From contig OZ210886.1 of the NCBI GenBank assembly GCA_964658305.1, forward strand, positions 744,001-808,000: DNA of 64,000 nt, given 5' to 3'. Position 1 is the stretch's first letter. The number at the start of each line of letters is the position of its first letter. The notes beneath the pieces are model-generated. The model had not been told where the DNA came from. It was given only the letters and a program-made list of their open reading frames with translations, and ran no database searches. The position numbers were made by a program, and so were the translations under genes. Source of the DNA: Leptogorgia sarmentosa. Its lineage: Eukaryota. Positions 15,441 to 24,919 of this stretch are shown piece after piece.

Positions 15441-18400
15441 ATGGATGATCAACAGCTAACGGAAATGGCGAGTGAAAAAAGTGAAACAGCACCAAAGGGG
15501 AGTCTACGCTTTGCTGTAACAACTGTTCCTTCGAGAGACGAGAATGACGAGACAGATGAGTTTCTTAACCAAAGCACAATGCACGGTGCTGAAAATACGA
15601 TAGGATACAGCACACATGAGGCTGTCCCTATGACTGTATTTTATCGCAATGAGTTATCTCATACTCAAGGAAAACCAAAAGCAAAAGCAAGACCTACACT
15701 TGATCAACTCAGAAAAGGTTTTGAAAGCGAAAGTCCTGAAACACAGGTTAGCAATTTATTAAACTTTGATGTATATTATGCATGAGTTGTCAAACAACAG
15801 GTGAAGTTGCATGAGGTCGATTGTTATTTACGGTGCAATAATAACAATGTATGAAAAGTTGCAGTGACTATCTGAACGATAAAACAGAATTCGGCGTTTC
15901 AGCCAAAGGTCTTTTGTCGGGAGAAACGAGCGTGCTTTTGTACCCGTAATTATATTAAAACATTGCATGATAAATTAAAACCAATCAGGTAGATTTATTG
16001 AAAACGCGAAATCACTTAATCCCTAACTATGACTATACCTAAAACGTCTACACTGTAGACAGTACTGTTACAGTATACTGTCTACGAAACTAAATAGCCT
16101 AACGTTTCCAACATTCTTTTATGTTTTTATATTTGCCGTGTCAACATTGTTATCTACGATCACACTGACCCTAAAATTAATGTTTTCGTAAGATAACAAA
16201 CATGTGATAAAATAATTATTAAATGAGCTTTTTACATTGCAAAAGTGAATATCCACTGCAAAGTATGTTTCACAGTTGTCAGGAAATGAAGGTGCAATCC
16301 ATGCCAAATTGGTTCCAACCTCGTACCCAGGGTCTCTCCATGACTTGAGCAATTGCAAAAAAACATAGGCACGAGGTTGACCTGGTTCCTGGCTGGGGTT
16401 GGGGCAACATTTTAATCCAGAGCTCTGTAAAAAACCTGTTAATAACTAGACCAAGTCTATTAATATCTAATACCTAACCTTGTACATGCATAAAAACAGG
16501 AAAATATTAACCACATAAAAAGGGCATTGAGGCAAGATTTCGTATAGCTAGTGCACAACCTATGTTGTACTGATGCATGTATGACATTCATATTGTTTTT
16601 CTTCTTTAGCCTATGGTTTCTGACGAAGAAACTGGCGAAGCTGCAACTATACAAAAGAGACCAACTAAAACTCAAACCAAATTTGGTTGGATAAAAGGCG
16701 TGCTGGTGCCATGCTTATTAAACATATGGGGTGTTATGTTATTTCTTCGTTTGACCTGGGTTGTTGGTCAGGCTGGAATTGGTCTTTCCACTGTAATTAT
16801 TTTAGTTTCTGCAGCTGTAACGACCTTGACATCCATATCAATGTCCGCAATTTGTACCAATGGACAAATCAAAGGAGGTATGATTTTGCATACATATTCA
16901 TTCCAATTTATTTAAATGTTTTAAAAAATCGATAAAATTTTAGATCGACGAAAGTCAGACAATAATCACGCTGTATTTGCCTTTCATAATATATATATAG
17001 TTACCTTTTTATATACTATTCGTAAATTTATTTTTTACTTGTGTTAATTTTCAGGTGGCGCCTACTATCTCATCTCGCGTAGTTTGGGTCCAGAGTTTGG
17101 TGGTTCTATTGGTCTGATCTTTTCATTGGCAAATGCAGTTGCTGTAGCGATGTATGTTGTGGGATTTGCTGAAACTGTCGCATACTTGTTGGTTGAAAGT
17201 AATTCTCTCATGATCGATGAAATAAATGACACTCGTATTATAGGTCTGGGAACAGTTGTCATACTACTTGGCCTCACATTGATTGGCCTTGATTGGGTGC
17301 TTAAGGCACAGTTAGGTTTGCTTGTTCTTCTTCTGGTAGCCATGTTTAGTGTTATCATAGGATTTTTTGTTGGTCCTTTGAGTGACGAGATAAGATCTAA
17401 AGGTTTTATTGGTCCCAGTTCATCAGCATTTCGTGAAAACTTTTCCCCCAGTTACACCGGAAAGGAGAATTTTTTCTCGGTATTTGCTGTGTTCTTCCCA
17501 GCAGCCACTGGTATTCTTGCTGGAGTAAATATTTCAGGAGATTTAAGAGACGCACAAAAGGCGATCCCGAAAGGAACATTCCTAGCAATTGGATTAACTG
17601 GGGTAGTTTATGTACTTCTGGGTATAATGGCAGGATCTTGTGCTGAACGTGACGCTACAGGAATTGTTAATGAGACAATAACGTGTGCTATGATGGAGTG
17701 CAAGTATGGATTGAATAATGATTATCAGGTATATATAATGTTGAGAATTAAAGTGTTATTGCTGTCAGTTTGCTTTGAGCAGTAATTTAGAAAACGTTTG
17801 CATGAATAGTATAATGGCAAAGTTTAATAAATAAATAAATAAATAGCTTTCAATGGCATTTTCTTTTAGTTGATGCAAAAGATTGCAGTTTGGGCTCCGT
17901 TGGTCATCGTTGGTATTTTTGCTGCAACGTTATCCTCTGCACTTGCCAGTTTAGTCGGAGCACCTAAAGTTTTCCAAGCTGTCTGTCGAGATGAAATTTT
18001 TCCATATATCAAGTTTTTTGCTAAAGGAACTGGACCTAATGATGAACCACGAAGAGCTTACATTCTTGTCTTCTTTATAGCTGCTGGTTTCATTGCAATT
18101 GCTGAACTGAATGTGATTGCTCCAATTATTTCCAACTTTTTCCTAATGTCGTATGCTCTAATAAATTATGCTGTGTTTGCAGCATCTTTGGGTCGATCAC
18201 CAGGTTGGAGACCATCTTTCAAATATTACAATAAATGGGTTTCCTTATTTGGAGCATTCCTGTGTATTGGTATCATGTTTCTTATTGAATGGTGGGCAGC
18301 TTTAGTCACTATCGTCATCATTGGATCGCTCTATAAATATGTCTCCTATTCAAAACCTGAGGTGAGACCAAAATTGTTATTGTCATTCATGTCATCGTCG

Positions 18401-20186
18401 ATGCTGCTATTTCTAGTTTACTTACTGTCCTCGTGCTTGCTCTTTTTCTTGTTTAATTTTTTGACTTTTTGTTCCAGTCGTCAATGTTATGATTGCGTTC
18501 TTTTTTTTTTATTCTTCTTTTTTCCGCTGTGGTTTTGATGATTCTTGCGGTTCTTATGTATATATGATTTTTCTTTCTATTCTTATACATATTGTTTTTC
18601 TTAGGCAAACTGGGGTTCTTCGACACAAGCCGTTACTTACCGTACAATACTGGCAATGAGTTATCAATACAATGAAGCAGAAGACCATGTGAAGAATTTC
18701 CGTCCTCAGTGTCTTGTATTGTGTGGATCTCCTGAGAGACATGGAGAGCTCGTTCATTTGGTGTCACATGTTACCAGGAGTAATGGATTGATGGTCTGTG
18801 GTGAAGTATCGAGCATGGAGTCAACTGGTAGTAAACAAAGTGATCATAAGAAATCTTCAGATTGGCTTCGTGTGAATAAAATAAAGTCATTTCACTGCAT
18901 TTGCTCAGGTATATGAACCTTATAATGGTCAATTTAAGCAGTTGATGTGCGGTTTTGAAAGCCTGTCATAGCTTGGATTTTTCCTTGCTACTCTGGGACC
19001 AGTTGGTCAAAAGCCAGATAGTTTAAACCCCTAAGTTTAAACAACTTAGTTGTAAAAGTTTGTTTCATGAATTTAGGAACAACATGCAGGCCCCTGGTTT
19101 GAAGTAACACTGGATGAATTTATTTCTTAGTAGTTATTAGACCTTTAGGTTAAAATTAGTCCAACTATCCGGTATAAAAATGTTTTGGTTCAGAATGGGG
19201 ATTGGAACAAGGGTAATTCCACTCTTCATGACTTTTCTTAATGTTTTGTGCGCATTCAACTATCTGCGTACGTGCTTTTGGTGTCCGTTTTATAGAGATT
19301 CAAGTATTGAATAGAATCGTAATACTTTTTCTACTTTTTGTTTTTTCTAGCTCCTGACTTTCGTTCCGGCGTGAGCAGTTTACTTCAATGTACTGGACTT
19401 GGAAAAATGAAACCAAATACCGTCTTCATTGGCTTCAAAACAAACTGGAGAGATGGGCTAAACACGAGCGAAGAAATAAACGAAGATGTACAAGAAGGTG
19501 GAAACGATCTAATACAAACAGACCTTGGGAACAATTTTGAAGATTCAAAAACAACCAAGAACTATGTGAATGTTATCCAAGACGCATTTGATCAACAGTT
19601 GGGTGTGGCCATTTTCAGATCCAATTTTGACGAAACAGATAATGAAAATAGAGCATTGCGTATTTTGAACGAGAAGCGTGAGGGAAACATTGACATTTGG
19701 TGGTTGTTTGATGATGGTGGTCTCACTGTGCTCATCCCGTATTTATTGAGTCTTAATCGCTTTTGGAAGAAGTGTAAGGTGCGAGTATTCACTCCGAAAT
19801 CTACTCAGAAAGAGAGCGAGATATCGGCCAATAAAATTCGAATGGTAAATTTATTGAAGAAATTCCGTATTGATGTTTCATGCGTTGAAGAGTTTGATGG
19901 TTTATCCGAAAAACCGAAGGAAGATAGTATTAACGATTTTAAAAACCTTGCTGGACATGTGGTTGAAGGAGAACAAAAAAAGAGAAGCTTACGCCATATC
20001 CGGTTAGGTGAATTACTGAGGGAACATAGTAAAGATGCGAGCTTAATTGTGATGACATTACCTGTACCCAGCGAAGCAATTGAGCCCACGATGTACATGA
20101 GTTGGTTAGAGATGATGACCAAAGATTTACCTCCTATCTTGTTGATTCGTGGCAATCATACCAACGTACTGACTTTCTATACATAG
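15441..20186 (+). CDS. SLC12 NKCC-like cotransporter, tandem copy 3, about 959 aa
   Basis: Six exons: 15441-15746, 16610-16877, 17055-17728, 17870-18361, 18605-18908, 19351-20186 (2880 nt, intact frame). Closest overall to copy 2. Confidence 0.93.
16316..16379. mobile_element. Degenerate MITE, CAACCTCGTACCCAGG family
   Basis: caacctcgtacccaggg...aggcacgaggttg. Flanks aattggttc / acctggttc match at 7 of 9. Confidence 0.65.
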
Positions 20187-20427
20187 AAATATAAATTGGT
20201 TAAAAGAGTCTAGAAAAACATCTATCTTTTCAAGAATAAGAAAACTTGCAACATACAAGTTTTTTTCAGTTAAAATATAAATACAATATAGCAGAGTGTA
20301 ATAGAACGTGAAATGTAACTTTTTGCGAATTATATTAATGAAATTTCAGGTTCTGCAGGAATTCAATTTGTATGTCAATGTTCGATATTTATACTGGAAT
20401 CGATAGGGAGTCAGTGAGAGCAACTCA

Positions 20428-20513
20428 CAACCTCGTACCCAGGGCCTTTTCCCTTTTTGAAATTAGGGCGGTGCCCTAGTTTCAAAAAGGAAAAGGCCCT
20501 GGGTACGAGGTTG
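20428..20513. mobile_element. Palindromic MITE, CAACCTCGTACCCAGG family
   Basis: Near-perfect 86-bp inverted repeat. Flanking 9-mers agcaactca / agcaactcc match at 8 of 9 positions. Confidence 0.8.
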
Positions 20514-20615
20514 AGCAACTCCATGAAAGCGTGGGCTTGGGAGTTGTAGAACATGAAGTATCTCATTCAATCAAGAGACTACCGCTGACCATTATTTGGT
20601 TTTCCAACGTGGGAA

Positions 20616-20631
20616 CTTCTTTCCTTTCTTT
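20616..20631 (+). promoter_or_regulatory. Candidate TCT/5'-TOP polypyrimidine transcription start of NACA
   Basis: cttctttcctttcttt lies about 200 nt upstream of the NACA ATG. It is followed by a plausible 5'-UTR donor (tag|gtttgt, about 20690) and acceptor (gaag|caaac, about 20807). TOP starts are typical of translation-machinery and snoRNA-host genes. Confidence 0.45.
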
Positions 20632-20822
20632 GCCGAAGTTTGACTACCAGAAATATTTACTGGTGGTGCGAAGATCCTTCTGAATCGTAGGTTTGTATAG
20701 CTTTTTCGTTTTACACAAGTTTACATACATGTAGGGATAGAACATTTTCGAATACTAAGAATGTTCTTTTTTCAAATTTGCTAAAGTGTAAAGGGTAATT
20801 TTTGAAGCAAACGGACCAAAGA

Positions 20823-23663
20823 ATGACAGCCCCAGCCGTGGAGAAACCTGCCGCGGAGGAAAATGAAGGTGACGCCTTGTTATTAAATGTTGTATGTTAA
20901 ATGAAATATTGTCATCGAGAATTGTTAACATTTATTGTACCTTATATTATCTGTCACAGTATGCCATTACTGTAAACTCGACTACCAACTCTGTTTATTA
21001 TAAAGTGGAATAATCAACAGGTTTATATAAAAGCCAAGGGGTACATTATAAGATTTCAGAATATCTGCTAGTTGCTCTTATCGGCCATTTACATCCATTG
21101 TAATGCTGGATAAGCGGAAGGGTCTGTATTTTATGCTAGCTAAACATGTGTAAAATCTCCCCCTAATATAAGAACTGAATGAGCACAATATCGTTTTCTT
21201 TGATGAAGAAGACAACAATAATTAGTATTAAGTATGCCTTTCACAGATTACCAGTTAGTCTGTGAATTTGTTTTGGCTTTTGAAAGTTCCCAAGATGTTG
21301 TGATGTGATAGGTTAGAGATATTATATTTGTGAAGGTCATAAAGGGGGGGGGGGGGGGGTCCTAATTACATTTCCCTGTCAAGAATTGTGACATATTCCA
21401 TATTTGCTCAAAATGGCTTTTTCCTATTGTTCTAGTGAGAAGAAATATTTGGAGAATGTCTGTATTTTGAATAGTATTTCAAAGTTTTCATTTCTTTAAA
21501 TTTTCTCAGCTGGTTCTGGTACAGAAAGTGACAGTGATGATGACCTTCCTGAGTTGGAAGAAGCACAAGGTAGAGGCCCGAGCGAAAATTTCAGTGAAGT
21601 AGCTGCAGCTGCTGGTGTTCCAGAAGAATCTGTGAGCAGAGCAAGACAAAGTCGCAGTGAAAAGAAAGCTCGCAAAGCAGTTCAAAAACTTGGTCTGAAA
21701 GCCATCACAGGTGTTACTCGGGTAGCAATTAGAAAATCCAAGAATATCTTATTTGTGATTGCAAAACCTGATGTCTACAAAAATCCAAATGGTGATACAT
21801 ATATTGTATTTGGTGAGGCTAAGGTAACTACAATGTTCATTTCATTCAATAATTGTAAAATTTTGGCAAGAAGTAATTTTGTCTGCATTTATGTTCTGAT
21901 GAAAGTAGCATTGTTGATTTATGTTTATTTAGATTGAAGATCTCACTCAAACTGAACAAATGAGGGTAAGGATCTAAAAACATATGTAAGAGTCCCAATG
22001 TGCTCGATGATTAAAACATCTCCAATGAGGGGAGTCCAGTTATGTGCACAGGCTGTTCACCATTTACCCCTTGTGTATTTGTAAATATATTTGTTTGAGT
22101 AATATGTCTCCCACCCTGGTTTACAGCATGTGCAACTGGAAGTGGCCTGATGAATTTTAAGATTATGAGATATGAGAGCACTTAGCTTGAATTTTAATAT
22201 TTTAACAATATGTGTGGTAGACCGTTTTCCAAGGACCTTTTGATAGGTTCATGTGGTTGTATATTTGACATGTTAAAACAACATCACTTGGTAAAAGGTG
22301 CAATAAACAGTATTACTATAGGATGGCTTACATGGCTATATTAAAAATAGGCTGCAAAGAAATTTGAGGCAACAGAAAAGTTGATGTCAGAAATCAGTGA
22401 AGTCAAAGAAGCAGCCGAACAAGAGGAGAGTGATGATGAAGAGGTAATGGCAAATTTTTTATCAAACCTTTCTGCTTGTTAGCTTTGCACAGCTAAAAAA
22501 AATTGAGCCTGCAGTATAAGAACAGCTGAACAGGATAATTAAAAATGTTTTGCTGTTCATAGCTGTCAATATTGTTGGTCCTAAGCATTGGTAGAAATGC
22601 TTAGCAACATCACAACCCTGAACAATTGATATGGGCAGCAAAAGCTTATTCAATTCTACTTTTATCAACATTGCAACAAGTTGAAGATTTTTTGAAATCT
22701 TTTATCAACGTCATACAACATGAAAAATGAGCTTTTTATAACATATGTAAAAATTTCTTGTGCTCAATGATTAAAATCTGAAATATAGAGGGATTGTTCT
22801 ACTATGCTTTTCTCTTTTCTTTCGCTTATACCTGTTTGTAACTTTGTTTTGTTGATGTATGTTGTGTACAGTATGTTTGTAAAATTTGTATTTGTTGTTG
22901 TCTGTGTGAGTGAAGAGTATGCATAGTAGGAAGTGGCCCAATGATTCAAAGATTATGAGATATGAGAGCACTTTATTATTTTGCATGACATTTAGAGTGT
23001 AACCTGTTTTATATATAATTTGTTAGTTGTACATTTTACGTCTTGCATCACATGCACCACCCCTAAATGATAAAATGTGCATCAAGCAAAGGCTCTCCAT
23101 CTGCAAGTAGTGGTACTGTAATCACTATGTACTATTTCCTGACCAAGGAATTTTGCTCGAAACGTTGAATTCTGTTTTAGCATTGTTTAGGTAGAAAGTA
23201 TAACTTGTAAACCGTTCTCTATACATATCAATATGTGTTGAGATGGTTAACGTCCGTTGCTTGTCAAGTTTCCCAAACAACAAGAATTTTATCACAATAC
23301 GCAATAAACTTATAAAAGCATTGCAAGAACTGAAAGGTTTCTATTTTGTGTCGTACGCAGGTTGATGAAACTGGAGTAGAGACAAAAGATGTCGAACTTG
23401 TAGTGCAACAGGCAAGCGTATCAAGAGCAAAGGTAAATATATCAGGTTACCAAATTGATCTCTGCACAGTGTCTGGCATTTTTAACAAAGCATTTTTAAA
23501 AATTGTTCTTTTAGGCTGTAAAAGCTTTGAAAAGCAACAATAACGATATCGTCAATGCTATAATGGTTGGTATTAAAACAAAATCTTCAATTCTTTCAAT
23601 TTCATGGAAATATACAAAATTTTTACTGTTTGCACTTTCATTCATTAGGCACTGACAATGTGA
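20823..23663 (+). CDS. NACA: Nascent polypeptide-associated complex subunit alpha
   Basis: Exons 20823-20868, 21510-21823, 21933-21965, 22351-22443, 23361-23432, 23515-23565, 23649-23663. Translation includes [57 protein letters not shown] and the UBA-like end [45 protein letters not shown]. Confidence 0.96.
22000..22181 (+). ncRNA. Intronic box C/D guide RNA, SNORD97-like, copy A; predicted guide for 2'-O-methylation of tRNA-Met(CAU) C34
   Basis: Terminal stem gtgctc/gagcac. Box C variant ATGATTA at 22007-22013, C' TGATGA at 22148-22153, guide AGATTATGAGAT at 22160-22171, box D variant ATGA at 22172-22175. Internal stem tccagtt..tgcaca..gctgt / acagc..tgtgca.aactgga. Located in NACA intron 21966-22350. 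Confidence 0.85.
22760..22971 (+). ncRNA. Intronic box C/D guide RNA, SNORD97/SCARNA97-like, copy B, with long UG-rich insert
   Basis: Same gtgctc/gagcac stem, ATGATTA box C and identical 3' block AAGATTATGAGATATGAGAGCAC as copy A. Internal stem ctactatgc/gcatagtag encloses about 110 nt of U/UG-rich sequence. Located in NACA intron 22444-23360. Confidence 0.85.
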
Positions 23664-24100
23664 TAACTGTGGTAGTCGCGGTAGGACTGGGTACAAGCAA
23701 CCGCGAAGAATTCAGCAACGTTATGGTTTAAAATTCGTATTTTGAAAACATAAACTAAAACGTTGAAAACATTTTCAAGATCGATCGTTTGTAAATTTAG
23801 AATAAATAAGTGCTACATTGTTTTTCCCCGTTAAATGTGGTTTATTCATATCCATTAGGTCATATCCTCGCCCTTCCCGAGGCCCTTCCTGTGGGGACAA
23901 GCGGAAAAGGTTTCCCTCTGGGTTGATCCTCGTGTTTGAAACAGCAGAAGTTTTAAAGAGAAACTCATTTTTGCTTAGGGTTTCAAGCGGGACTGATTTA
24001 AAAGCTTGTGAATATAGGATCTCTATCTTCTCATTAGAAAAAGCCAATCGTATCGTGTTCCATTCCAGCTTTTAATTTATTCCCAAAATTAAGGTTGTCT

Positions 24101-24161
24101 CCACTGAGCTATAAGAATACTAGTAATTTAGTAATTAAAGAATTTTAGTATAGCTCAGTGG
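24101..24161. repeat. Short inverted repeat (MITE-like)
   Basis: 13-bp perfect arms ccactgagctata / tatagctcagtgg around an AT-rich spacer. Confidence 0.55.
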
Positions 24162-24919
24162 TTGTGCCGTAAAAGCTCCATCAAAATAAAGCTGACAAAG
24201 CAAAATGCAGCAGCAACAGGGTAGATACAACATACAACATACAGGTGTGATGACCATATGACATCACCCGGAAAAAAGCGTGGGTGAAAAATAAGATTAA
24301 CAGTGGGATCAACTCGAATAGTGAGAACTTTGAAGCCATGACTGTGTTGTTCAATTCTGCCATAATTTGATAATTAGAAACTAGATTAAACCGTAATCAT
24401 ATGCATCTGAATCAGGAGCACTGATGGCCTGGATTTGCACAAGCCTGGCCTAGTTTTGAGCTTTTATAAACATTGGCTTGGATGATGCATGTTTTGATTG
24501 AAAATTTACCTTGATCAGTGATTACAGTGAACATCATCATATACAGTGGGAAGTTTATGAGTTATATAACTGACCCACCGTGTTTTTTCACACAACTTCC
24601 TGTCGATGTTTTGTCTCGTTTTGCTTCATAGGACAAGGACAAAAGTCTGTTTCCACGCCAGGTAGTATTTTACGATTAATGTAGGACGAGAGAACTGTCA
24701 TCATGATTTTTACTTCAAAATAAAGTTTTGATGGTTGTGCGCCTGAATCTACCATATCACAACCACATGGGAACCTCCCACGAGAACAGGAAAACGCACA
24801 AATCGAACAATCGAACGTGACGGGCGCGTGTACAACACGCGGACTCCGAACTGGCGTAAACATCTCGTGTTAACTTTAGTGCCGTAATTTGTGCTAAATA
24901 AATGCGAAAATATTAAAAC

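Noticed and set aside
2662..20155. Recurrent antisense ORFs over the SLC12 exons (for example 9695-9988, 12466-12816, 17065-17358)
   Set aside because: They are shadows of the plus-strand CDS and recur only because the paralogs are near-identical.
24149..24180. tatagctcagtggt resembles a tRNA D-arm
   Set aside because: It is one arm of a 13-bp inverted repeat and there is no T-arm.
23775..24363. Short minus-strand ORFs (90 aa and a hydrophobic 60 aa) between NACA and GULP1
   Set aside because: Plausible splice sites exist, but I recognise no protein family in any frame. Transcript evidence would be needed.
24645..24670. Minus strand ATACTACCTGGCGTGG resembles the 5' end of U1 snRNA
   Set aside because: No U1 stem-loops or Sm site follow. 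On the plus strand it is CAG|GTAGTA, a donor-like sequence that is complementary to U1 by nature.
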